Under the pieces are notes generated by a model. The model searched no databases, was not told the origin of the DNA, and saw only the letters and a program-made list of their open reading frames with translations. 64,000 nt of DNA, taken from Lepidodermella squamata. Taxonomy: Eukaryota; Animalia; Gastrotricha. The stretch spans positions 1,674,001 to 1,738,000 of the forward strand of contig JBLDXI010000015.1 of NCBI GenBank assembly GCA_047495785.1, written 5' to 3'. The position numbers and the translations under genes are program-made. The first letter of the stretch is position 1. Every line of letters starts with the position of its first letter. Shown here one piece after another: positions 50,440 to 64,000 of this stretch.

Positions 50440-50618
50440 TATCGTTAGCGTCGTCGAATAACTCGGATTTAAGCTTTCCTACGTCAGTTTTAAGGTGTTA
50501 CCTAGTTTGCGAGTAAGAAGCTGCCTATTCATTCAGGTTAAAATGCCACTTTGCATCTTTCCACTTAAAACTGAGTTAAGCAAGCTAAACTCCGAGTAAT
50601 TCATCGATGCTAACGATA
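50440..50618. repeat. Imperfect palindrome with about 55-bp arms (MITE-like)
   Basis: TATCGTTAGCGTCGTCGAATAACTCGGA..TCAGTTTTAAG pairs with CTTAAAACTGA..TCCGAGTAATTCATCGATGCTAACGATA. Confidence 0.7.
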
Positions 50619-51430
50619 AGAGCAAGCCGCGCTTTAAGAAGAAATCGAAACCCCCCTTATGTGCCATAGGGTCATCAAGGAGCCCATAATTATGTCGTGT
50701 CAATAGCAACACTCAAGATTTTTTAAGTAAAAAAGGTGGTTCCAATTAAGAAAACTTAGCCTTTCAATTAAGAGATCACCAATCGATACCGTAGCTGATA
50801 GTTTTGCTACAGTTATTCCGGCTCGAAAACACAGGTTTTGTGTATTTAGAAAATGGCGAATGAAGTAGGAGAAAATTATCAGGACAATTAGCGCAAATTA
50901 TTGGCCAATTATTTGGTTCTTTGCTACTTCCCGGCTAAGATTTTAATGACTCTTTGGCAACGTAAATATACTGAGCTATACTCCCAGCTATACTATAAGC
51001 AGAAATTAAAATCCATTAGGTCGGTTTGCAAGATCTGTCTACGAACAAGCGCATAGGTATGTAAATAATGAATTCTACTCGAGATATAGAAGTGTTCAGG
51101 TATGGTACACGCAATATATTTGTGTACTATGGCGATGCCTAATTTTGACTGGCGATGTGTCGATGACCGGCGCTTTCGTCATTTAATCGATTTAATCGAT
51201 GGGCATCACAAACGGCGTTCCCTCCCCCGCCACCAAGTCATTCAAAGCTTTCGTAATAAACTGAAAATAAACCTAAGATTGTCTATTCCCCGCTGCATAC
51301 TCCCAGAGTCTCCCAGTGAAACAGTAATAAGAATATAATCCTATCTCCTATCTATCCTGTTTCCTATTGCTGAGCTTCAGATTGAATCGTCTGCGTGGTT
51401 GACACGTCGATACTCATCGGTTGCTTTTAT

Positions 51431-53230
51431 TCAGATATTGCAATGGTGATAATTCACGAAAATTCCATGCAAAAGAAAAGGATAGTTATCGCTAAGTTGT
51501 TCAATAGTCATCTTCATCGCTGATATCTGCTTTTGTCTCGCGCATGCTTTTTTCCGTGATTTTTCAACGGAAGATATAGGCTCAACGCATGAGTGCACCT
51601 TGCCTAGGCCACCGCTCTCAGGAGCCTCACGATTCTCATCAACTGAACTCCGACATTCGATTATCTCAGGAAAATCCAAGTGGTTAGCATGAAAACCATA
51701 TGATTTCAATTGAAGTCGATAACAAATTTCGCGGGTAGTCTCGTCTACGTACTTGATGTCTGCTTTTAAACGTAGCATGCCATTTGAGCAATTCTTACAA
51801 AGGCGGTAGGTTACGGCTAAACTTGCTGCAAAATCCCTTCTCTCATCCGGCAAACTGAAATAGCTGGCATTGTTGAAAGAGAAAACAAGGCGCGAACCTT
51901 GTGTCGATAATAGGAGGTAAGTTATCACTGACTCCAGTTTTCGGCCCTTTTTGACAAATCTAGACAGAGTGGTGTCAAATCTTACAACGTCTTCCTCATG
52001 ACCGCTTGAGCTGACAAGTGAAGATTTCAGCTTATCGATTCTGCGGAATGAATGCTTCACGGTTATAAAGGCATCCGTCGCTTGTATTGAGTTTTGCTTG
52101 TACAATGGACTGGGAAGGTCGTATGAAACTGAGTTGACATCATCAGCGTAATTTCTGCCTTTGAGTGCCGATTGGATGAAAAGGGATAAGGCTTGAGCTA
52201 TGAAGTCGTGAATCCTCTCATTAGGATGGAAGAAATCCTCATTAGAAAGTTTCTCTGCATGAAAAAGTCGCCAAATGAATTAACAATAATATGCCTCACA
52301 CAACTCACCCGCTTCAGCCTTGCGATTTTCAGATGACATCGAAAGTACGTTTGGGTATTTTTCTGCGAGGTAAGGTCTCATCGATATTGCCGGAATATTG
52401 TAATGCCTAATCAAATGAAACCATGACTCTTTTTCCAAGGCTTCCATTGATCCAATCGCTGGCCAGTCATCCTTAGCTGTACATTTATGGAGGCAAAGAT
52501 GTGTTTGTATCGGAGCTGAGTTGACTCTGAAAAAGTCCACAGGTGCTGTTATGTCAATCTAGAGTAGTTGAATCGACCGTTTTTGCCGCCATATCGCTCT
52601 GATGAGTTCTTCCAACCACCCGCAGGCGAGACCGTCATTTGTCGAAAATTCCAAAATTACGAGGTCGTATTTCTTCAGGTTCAGATGTTCATGAATAGTC
52701 TCAGCAAAGTATTGGCTTGAAAATGAGGATGGATTGATTTGAATTCAATGATGAACAAGTGTTCATTACCTACTGGTCGCACCTAAAGCTACGTTGTGGA
52801 GGATGACATTGATGCCGTAAGTTTTAAGAGAATTTGACAACAGTCTCGAGAAAACTGACGGATATTTGGAATCGTCCTTCGGGGATTAAGGCTGAATGAA
52901 TGGATATCTCAACAAAAAATCACCTACTGGTACGTCATGGCCTGCTGATATTGACCCACCAGCCACAGCTATTCTAAGATTTCCGATTTTGCGGTTTCTT
53001 AGGCGATTCAGAGCTAGCTCAAGCCGCAGGGAAGTGTTGGACCCAGAATTTAGTATGGCGGCAGCTAGTTGAGAGGCATTGTAGGTAAACCTAATGTCTT
53101 CCGGCTCTAATTTTGGCTTTCCACTCAAACGGACGTTCTGCTTCGGATTTTCCACCAGGTTTCTTAACGAGAAAAAGGTGAAAGCTGCGGACAAGACAAT
53201 CAAAACTTTGTATAGCAGAAAACTTTTCAT
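51431..53230 (-). pseudogene. SGNH-family type II membrane protein, paralog A, with premature stop
   Basis: IAVAGGSISAGH, NVALGATS, LEFSTND, DFFHPN; in-frame TAG at 52559-52561 where paralogs have Tyr (IQLL*ID versus IHILYVD). Confidence 0.75.
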
Positions 53231-53266
53231 CAGGGGTTTTACTAAATAAAGCAGCGATTGCAATCT

Positions 53267-55179
53267 TCACACGCAACAATCGTAGTGTATTACAACAGCA
53301 TGCATCAAAAAGGGGTAATCAATGCTGGTCTGGTCGACCTTCAATTGAAGCATTGATATCATCTGTCGAGTGTTTCTCGCACCTTGCGCGCAAAATAATT
53401 TGTAATCAGCGCCGGATTGAGACATCATCAATTGCTGCGATGAAAGACTTTTGCGGTTGTAATGCAAACCAGTACAACGCACATCTGGAACTGAGAAATC
53501 TTGTTCGTAGTTGCCTTGCTCCACTGGAGTGAGGAAGTGAACGTGGTTAGCGTTGAACCCATAAGAAATCAATCGCAATTCATAGCTTAACGTTTCAACA
53601 GTTCCGTCGTTGAAGCGGAAGTAAGCTTTGACAGAAACTGTGCCCTCTTTGCAGGAGCTACATATTCTGTATGCGATTGCTAGTCTTGGGATGAATGGCT
53701 TGCTGAAGCATGGCAATTCTTTTTGAATCGTTTGGCTTAGGTTGAAGTTGAACGAAATTGAGTCCTTATTGTAAGGCATCATCACATAAATCAAGTTTGA
53801 CTCTAGCTGGTGACCATTTCGAACGAAATGAGAATCATTCTCTTTTACCATGTTTGCAGTAACTTCGACGCCAGGTGATTTAGATTCGATAGAAGCATTT
53901 AGCTTGTCGTTGCTCCTAAAGGGATATTTGACTGTGATGAAGGATTCGGTTGCGTCAACCCAAGTTGAACTGTAAAGTGGTCCTCTTTTCAAAAGATTCG
54001 ACCAGCTATCCAAAATATAATTTGGATCGATGAATTCATTTGAATTTGAAATGTCTTGCAAGCTCGAAAGTACATCTTCGCAGGATTTCAAAAAATAGAG
54101 AATCATTGCTTCGGCCATGAATTTGTGAACAAGTTCGTTCGGATGAACTCCATCTTTCGGCGAGGAAAATTTGTCTAAAAAATAGTTAATTAAAACTGTG
54201 AGAAATGCTGAATAACTTGATTGGAACCTTGCTCGATTTTACGATCTTTGATTTTCCAAGCTGAGATATTTGGATATCTTGAGGCTAGGTAATTCCGAAA
54301 ACTTATGACAGGAATTTCGTATCTTCTCATGACATCGAGCTGCCAGGCCGTGTCGACCGTCGAAGAATTTATACCGGAGCAAGTAGGGTTAAAATTTGCC
54401 CCATAACCTGGTGTGGCTCGGAAGAAATCAATCGCAACAGTGAAGTCAGCGTAAATAATGTGAATGAGCGGGTTGATGCGCCATATAGCCCGAACCAATT
54501 CTTCAATCCACCCAGGCGATAATATGTCATTGATTGAGAATTCAAGTATCAGAATGTCGATCTTTTTCAGGTTCAGATGTTCGTTGATAGTTGCCGCATA
54601 ATACTGACTATTTGTAGCACCGAGTGCAATGTTGTAAAATTTGGCGAAAAGTGCGATGGGAAAGAGAATAGAGTTCAATCGCTTGCTAAAAACCGCAAAG
54701 TAATCGCTTCCAGCCTTCGAAATGTCCTAATAAGCGTCATCTAAAAGCATTGAACCAAGTATACTTACCTCAACTTCGTGGCCAGCAGAAACTGAACCGC
54801 CTGCAACAGCAATTTGTAGAGGAGTTTTAAGCCTAACAACGGAAGCTGAATGCTTCTGAAATGATTTATTTAGAAAGTTGATCATCATGCGACCGAAGCG
54901 TCTTCTTTGAGGTAGATTGCCATCGACATTGAGTAAGGCTCCAGTCAATGAGTGATCGCTTTTTGTCGCAGAGCTAAATTTCTCAGCGATCGGATCCTTT
55001 ATGCCTCTTAAATTTGCCGTCAAATCGGCTAAAATTCGTTTGATTGTTGGAGGTATAGCTTCTGGCTCCACTATAGTTAGCTCTGCTTCCTTCCTCTGTA
55101 AAACGAGTAAGAAGGCCACTAATAAGCTTATAACTATCAAAATCAGTAGCGATTTCGGTCTAAAATACTTTAAAGGCAT
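53267..55179 (-). CDS. SGNH/GDSL hydrolase-fold type II membrane protein, paralog B
   Basis: TM anchor; IAVAGGSVSAGH; NIALGATN; LEFSIND; KDGVHPN; C-terminal YDCC. Confidence 0.85.
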
Positions 55180-55237
55180 CTCTAACCCATTTCAAATCAA
55201 AGCTTTTATGAAAGGACTCGTGTATTACTATATCCAT

Positions 55238-57197
55238 TCAACTCGAAGCACAGCAGTCGTAATTCACAATGATGGCATGTAAAAGCAATTCATAGTCTCC
55301 ATCCAATTCATAAATGTTCATTTCTATAGAAGCTATCGGCGTGAATGCTTTCATACAGAATAATATGTTATCAGCACCGTAATTCGAAAGCATCAGGTCC
55401 TCGGTACTTCTCTGCCGATCGTTCGGTGTGACGTTCATACACCGAGTATCAGTAAAGGAGGGGTATATTTTGTCCGTTTCAGATGGTATCAAGAACTGAA
55501 CGTGGTTGCCGTGAAATCCCAGCGACTTGAGGCGTAATGTATAGAGCATGGGAAGCGAAACTCCGCCTTGAAATGAATAGTTAACTTTAACGGAATACGT
55601 CCCTTCAGTGCAGGTTTTGCACATACGATAGGCTATGCCAATTCTTGGCACGTAGCCAGCGAATGGAGGACAATTAGCTGCATTTCGAAAGTCCTCGAGA
55701 CGAAAGGTGATCTGGTTAGCTTCTTTGGTTGACGCTGGGATTAAAAAGTAGTTTATCGAAGCTTCCAAAGCATGATTCTTCCCAACGTATTGATTCTTCG
55801 AAACTTTTGCTAGATCACCGGCAATATTTGACGAGTTTGCTATTATTGGGGAAGAACCAGGCGATAAAACTTGTATCCGCTTCACCTCTCGAAATGAGTT
55901 GTTGATATTGAGAAAAGCTTCAATGCCATCGATCCAAGTTTCAGTATACAAAGGTTTCCTGTCCAGCTGAAAATCAGTTCTCTTTGAATCGTTTGACGTA
56001 TCTTTAACCAGCTGATTAAGCAGAAGCTGTAATGAAGCTTTGAAGTAGTAGGTAATCGCTTCAGCAATCAGCTGATGGGTGAAAGCATTAGGATGGACTA
56101 GATCATCCGCGATAAATTTGTCTGAATGAATAATGCATCATAAAATAACGGGAAGAATTATGTTGCCTTTACCTAGCTCCTTCAAACGATCCCCTTCCTT
56201 CCAAATTTCGATATCTGGATAACGCCATTCCAAATAACCAGGCAAGCTAATTACCGGCAAGTTGTAGTGCTTTGCGACCGCCCTATGCCACGGTAGAAGT
56301 TCTCTGAATACGTCAGTATCACTCTGATTAGACTTCGAGTCGCACTGAGGTAGGTAAACCAAAGTTTTCGGAATGATTATCCGAAAGAAGTTTGAGACAG
56401 ATATCATTTCGATGTAGATGATAAGAATCGCAGGGTTGATTCGTAAGACTGATCTCACAAGCTGCTCAATCCACCCTGGTGCCAACCTATCATTAACCGA
56501 AAATTCAAGAAACAAAATATCGATTTTCTCGAGGTCCAGGTGCTCGTGGATAGTTTCCGCGAAGTATTGACTGCAATTGAAACAAATCAGTTTAAATTAC
56601 ATGCCAAAAATATCCGAAGAAATCGCATACCTATTGGTAGCACCAAGGGCGATGTTGTATAATTTCACGTCAAGACTCAATGGTCTGAAAACTGACTTCA
56701 AGCGTTTATCAAGAAGGGCGAAGTAGGATTGACCGGGCTGATTTGAGAGAACATATCGAAACCCAGAAAGGCATCTATCATTTCATTCATACCTCAACAC
56801 CATGCCCTACAGATATGGAACCACCCGCCAGTGCTATATGCATGCACTCATCTGATCTATGAAGGAGTTCGTGAATGGCGTGATTGAATCTGAGAGCTTG
56901 CTCCGTATTTTTGTCAACATTCGCAAACATCAGGTTGTTGAGTCGACCAGGAATTTCGCTTGAATTGAACAGGTTGCGAAAGTTACCGAAACGAGGCGCG
57001 ATTTCTTTAAGCAGCTTGATATCTCTTCTTCTTGCTCTGACGTTGCGACTCTCGCTTGTTGGTTTTGTGGGCTGATTTTGGTTAACATGCTGGCTCAAGT
57101 CTTGATTAGACGATGAGAGCCACAGGTAAGTGATACAAACTGTGGCAGCAAGGCTTAGTGTCGTAAGTAAACCTCGCAGACGCTTATTTAGCATCAT
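55238..57197 (-). CDS. SGNH-family type II membrane protein, paralog C
   Basis: IALAGGSISVGH; NIALGATN; LEFSVND; DDLVHPN; YDCC. Confidence 0.85.
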
Positions 57198-57257
57198 CCA
57201 TAATGTAAAACTATTCAATGCACTCAGACGGGCGTGGTCAATAGCTTTATTTTCATG

Positions 57258-59192
57258 TCACCTTTCAGCGCAGCAATCGTAGTTAAGAATGATACCATGC
57301 ATTAAAAAATCGTAATTCCCACTCTTTTGATCTATAGTCAATACTACCGACTTGATGGGCAGCGGAGGTTTCTTACAAAAGGTATCGTAGTCCTCTCCGA
57401 AATTAGCCAGCATGATGTCCTCTGGACCTTTTTGCAGGCGATTGTACGTGACTGCCAGACATCTAGTGTCGCTGAGAAATGGGAATTTCTTCTCGGATTT
57501 TGACGGAATTAAGTATTGAACGTGATTTGCATTGAAGCCGAATGACATCATCCGCATTGTGTATTCAATCGATTCTTCAGATCCGTCTTGAAAATGAAAA
57601 TTCGCTAAAATCGCCAACTCACCCTGAGCGCATGACTTGCACATTCGATATGCTATCGCTAGCCTCGGTACGTAGCTGACAGATGATTTACAAGGAATCG
57701 TTTTACGGAATGCATTCAGTTCGAATTTGCATTTGACAAGCGTGTTAATAGAGCTCGGTATTAGGAAGTAGGTTAAGGTGGCTTCAAGTGCGTGCCCTCT
57801 GCCTACATATTGATTAGTAGCTACCGTTTGCATCAGCTTTGTTATATCGGATGATGCTAAAACTGTTTTGGAGGATTCATTTAGCCTAATAGATCCTCTC
57901 AGCTTGTCCGTTCTTCGAAAAGGATAGTCCACAGTGAGGAATGCATCTGTAGCATCGACCCAAGTTTGAGCATACAGAGGCTTTTGGTCGAAGGAAAATG
58001 TGTAACTCAAAGGATCTAAAATTCGTCCAGAGAGCTTTTTCAATAACGATTCTAATGATCGTCCGAAATATTGGGCTATCGCCTCAGAGATCAGTTTGTG
58101 AGTCTCGGAATTCGGATGAACTCCATCGTCTGCAGTGTACTTGCCTAGTGCAGAACTATTTCAGATGGATCGAAGAAGGATAATATTTTATACCTCTTTC
58201 CCTAGTCCGCTCATCCACAGTCCAGTTCGAAACGCTAGGATAGCGTATATGAAGAAACTTTGCAAAGCTGATCACTGGGATGTTGTAGTGCTTCATTACA
58301 CACAAATGCCAGTGAGTCGCTCTCGGTTCGCTAGTCTTGTTAGGCGAACCGCATTTCGGTACGTAAACTAGGGTTGAAGGCACGCTCGTTTTGAAGAAAT
58401 CTAGAGGCGCTTCGATGTCGACGTACAAAATGTGAATCGCCGGATTTATCCGCCAAATCGACCTGACGAGCTCATCAATCCAACCCGGAGATAGCATGTC
58501 GTTGATTGAAAATTCCAGTAGGAGTATGTCCACCTTTGATAGATTAAGATGCTCCTGAATCGTCTCAGCGAAATACTGGCTGATAAATAAAACTCGCTAT
58601 TAATCTCAGAACATCTCGTAAGATCAGTCAGACCTGTTCGTTGCACCAAGGGCAATGTTGTAGAATTTGCCGTAGATCGTTGAAGGACTGAGAACCGCTT
58701 GTAACCTCTTTGCAAATTGTGAGAAATAAGAGCGTCCGGGCTGAAAATTCCAATATATAGACTGCTCAATATCAAAATTATTGCGAAACCTACAGGGATA
58801 TTATGACCCACAGAAATCGAACCTCCGGCCATTGCAATGTGGATGTATTTTCTGTTTTTTGAGATCACCTCAGTCAGGAACTTGGTCCATGAATAGTCGA
58901 ATCTCCTCTCCTGAGCGAGATTGTTCTCAGTATTAATATACATACCAGGGTAAAACGGATCAGAGGCATTTTCAGAACCGAACGGGTTGTGAAAGTCCCC
59001 GAATCTGGTGATGATAGTACGCAGTTGATGAAGAATCTGCCCGGAGATATTAGGGGTTGAGTAATTAGTAGTTTCTGAATGACTGGTAATAACCGCTTTC
59101 CTTTTCGAAATTGGATTGGTGATGTAAATGTAGCACGTGATGACTACCAAACTTGCGGCTAGTAAACTTCGCCATTTCGCAGGTAAGTTCAT
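57258..59192 (-). CDS. SGNH-family type II membrane protein, paralog D
   Basis: IAMAGGSISVGH; NIALGATN; LEFSIND; DDGVHPN; YDCC. Confidence 0.85.
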
Positions 59193-59602
59193 AGCAGCGC
59201 TAAGAACCACGATATATTACAATTCATACCATCTTGCTATATAGAAATGAGTATTCTTATTCACTACTGAATAGCTTTTGATTTCTAAGTGAAAAGGTGC
59301 ACCAGTCGAAGTTATTAATGAAGACATGAAAAGGAAACTTTTTCACTCCCGAAAATAGTACTGAATATTGACAATATAAGGGAAATCAATTAGAGTTTGG
59401 CCATGGACAGGTCATTTTACCAAGATATCAGATTTTTCATTTTTCATGTTTCTTTTGTTGTTATTTTGTTGTTATTGTTGAGCTGGCAGCTTTTGAATTC
59501 TTTTCAGTTTAGAATCATCACTTTTTATTTGGATCAATCGAACATAAATAATCAATTTATAATATTTTCAAGTTGAAATTTATACAGTTGCGGTGGTGCA
59601 TT

Positions 59603-61388
<1,786 letters not shown>

Positions 61389-61793
61389 TTTCCACCATCA
61401 ATGCGAGGATAGCAAATGTTAAAAGAAGTAGCACAAAGAATTCAAGTTCGAATTGCCAGAAAAATGGGAATAATGAGCAGACAGTCGTTGGAGGGCGGCT
61501 TTATCAATGTCGCGAGATAACGTTTGCCATGCCGCCTGAGACGGTAATTATCTTAAAGATAAACGAAGATAAAGCTGTCCACACCGCCTTCAGTCCGCTA
61601 CTGCCAGTTTTGAGTACTATTGGGGTTCTAACGGAGATAAGGGTCACACACCCGCTCTCCAGTTTTCTCAAGTAGTCGTGTCATTTTCAAGTTCGCGATT
61701 ATCACGCCATGGTTAGCGTTATCATTCAACCGGGAATTATTAGGAATTTATGGCCTGAAAGCAGACGGCTAATAATCGAGAACTTATCTTTTA

Positions 61794-63637
61794 CTAGAAA
61801 GTTCGACAGCAATCATACGCGATAATAACACCATGAAGAAGAAACGGATAGTGATAGCCTATCAGCTCGATTTTCAGATGCACGGAAACAACTGATTCAC
61901 CAGAAGTTTTCGAGCAAAATAATTCATCGCCAGGCAACGACGCTGCTTTAATGCTGCCTTTTTGAGTTATGCTAACAACATGACATCCACATTGATGCAC
62001 GTAGGAATGTGTTCTGCGCAAATCTTCGTTAGAAGGGAAATTCTCCTCGTCACCAACATATAGCATTTCAACAAAATTCCAGTTGAATTCATAAGATCTC
62101 AAGAAAGCTGTGTAATTTAGGCTGATTCGTCCGCCACTCTTGAGTTCATAAGTTGCGTAAACTCGTAATTTCGAAACGCTATTCGTGCAGTTGTAGCATA
62201 ATCGATGGGCAAAGGCTAATCTTGGCACGAAGCCAATATTTGCCCCGCATGGTGCTGGCGTGAAATTATTACTTAAATCCAGCTCAATAAAAGAGCCAAC
62301 GTTGGGAATTGAAAGATACAGCATTTCAGACTCAAGTTTGTGGCCATTTTTGACATAGTTCGGCATAAATTCATCGATATTCCTCTTGCCGGCATCCGAG
62401 GAGGCATTTACCAATGCGATGTCCAACTTGTTATTTCTAGGCATGGCTGGCCGATTAACTGATAGGAAGCAATCAACAGCGGCAACCCATGTTTGCTCGT
62501 AGAGAGGATTTGCTGCAAGTTTCTTCCAAGAAGCTGAAATGGCTTTATTTGCCCCATCAATCAGCAAGTCAATCGAATCAGCGCTTTCAAGTTTTCCAAT
62601 GAGTCTTTGTAAAGATTTCTTGAAGTAGTGTGTAATGAAATGGGCCATGTATTTATGAACTCTTTCGTTAGGATGGTAGCCATCTTTCGCGGTGAATGCT
62701 TCGGAGTAAAGATAAAGCTCGTCGTCACTCGATGCATTGCTTGATTGAAACAGGTTCATAACATGGCCCCATTGAATCGCGGGGAGTTGATAATGCTGAG
62801 CAACCTCGTTGTAGAACTTGGTAACATAGCTCACATTACAAAGTAAAGCAGGACGGTAGTGTATTCTGAAGAACTGTCTCGGCAGAAGGAAATTGACTAG
62901 AAGAATATGAATGAGAGGGTTAACTCTCCAAATGCTGCGGATTAATTCTTCAATACGGCCTGGCACCATGTCGTCATTTATGATGAAATCCACCAGAAGT
63001 ATGTCGTAGTTCTTAAGATTTATATGCTCTTGGATGCACATTGCGAAATAAAAGCTAGAATTTTATAGAAAATGATAGCATTGCAATATAAGGAGTTTTA
63101 TCTACCTGTTTGTAGCACCAAGAGCGACATTATGAAACTCAGTTTCGACACCGATAGATTTGAATGGCGCTGAAAGTTTTGAAGTCAGAATGGAAAAGAA
63201 ATCTGAACCTCCCTAAGAACGTTATAAATTTATCGGTACATGTTGCGCAATTCTTTGAGAAATTGTACCTGAACACCATGGCCAGCAGAAATTGAGCCGC
63301 CAGCGACTGCAATTCTAAAGGGTTGCTCTTTTGAACGATTTGAAAGTCGAATTAGCAAAGCACGCTCGAGCCTCGCCGATGATCCTTCGCTCAAGATGGA
63401 CTCATCCTCGAACTGCTTTACAGGGCTCGTTTTACTGCCCTTGCGGATGAAATCGACAAGTTTCTTCAGGGATAGTGTAATATTTTTCACCTCTTCCCTT
63501 CGGTATCTGTTCGGTATCCATCGCCATGGAATCGCAGAATGTTCAGAAGTATCAGTGTGAATCAATAAAATGATGGTCAGAAACGTGGATATCGTGGTCA
63601 GAATGATCAGGAGTTTTTTCAAGCGATTTATAGCCAT
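61794..63637 (-). CDS. SGNH-family type II membrane protein, paralog E
   Basis: IAVAGGSISAGH; NVALGATN; VDFIIND; KDGYHPN; YDCC. Confidence 0.85.
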
Positions 63638-63805
63638 TTTATTGAGTAAGGATGCATTTTCAACGTAAAATTTGCTTTATTCATAAATAATTTCGTAAAC
63701 GCATGCATATTCTATTCATAAATACTATAATGTACCTGAATGAACCATTGAGAAACGAAATGTTTTAAACATGAATGAATCAGATTAAAAGAGATGAGGT
63801 GAATG

Positions 63806-64000
63806 TTAGTAGGCATGCTCTGCTTTAACATCAAGGCGAGGCTTTACAAGAATATTCTCAAAGTAACACTTTCCTTCAATGGAAAACACACGCCGCGTCG
63901 GAGCGAGAGACGTGTAAACCGCAGTTTCGTAGAAGCTCGAATCTGGATCGTCGATAACCAACGCATTCATCTGCGTGAGGAGGTACCAATTCATGAAGTC
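63806..64000 (-). CDS. 3' end of a probable fucosyltransferase-like gene running off the window
   Basis: DFMNWYLLTQMNALVI..SSFYETA resembles the DFWLLSRMDLLII..SGYGEAA motif of the gene at 42944. Confidence 0.5.
   Translation of the reverse strand, partial: DFMNWYLLTQMNALVIDDPDSSFYETAVYTSLAPTRRVFSIEGKCYFENILVKPRLDVKAEHAY

Noticed and set aside
52880-52893. Apparent second stop (CCT TAA) in SGNH paralog A
   Set aside because: Avoided if the downstream AAG acceptor is used, which matches the paralog exon start; only the TAG at 52559 is counted

Overview
This is eukaryotic DNA from an invertebrate animal with a compact genome (GT-AG introns mostly about 45-60 nt). It holds about 44 tRNA genes and pseudogenes, most derived from one repeated cassette, Ser(TGA, opposite strand)-Arg(CCG)-Thr(TGT)-Met(CAT)-Glu(CTC)-Val(CAC)-Ala(TGC)-Val(TAC), plus an inverted Leu(TAG) pair and two Trp genes. 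The cassettes are interleaved with protein genes. Receptor-type genes: a GABA-B-like class C GPCR, a GluN2-like NMDA receptor subunit with unusual pore and gate residues, a soluble AChBP-like protein, and five orphan Cys-loop channels. Glycan-modifying genes: LicD/fukutin-family genes, two fucosyltransferase-like genes (one partial), and five SGNH-family type II membrane proteins, four of them packed 36-60 bp apart like an operon. Other genes: a ConA/LamG-like surface protein, a sterol desaturase-like gene, an NmrA-like gene and two AGXT2 paralogs. A 5'-truncated RTE-like LINE and several MITE-like elements are also visible. Gene models and family calls come from motif recognition by eye; no database searches were run.
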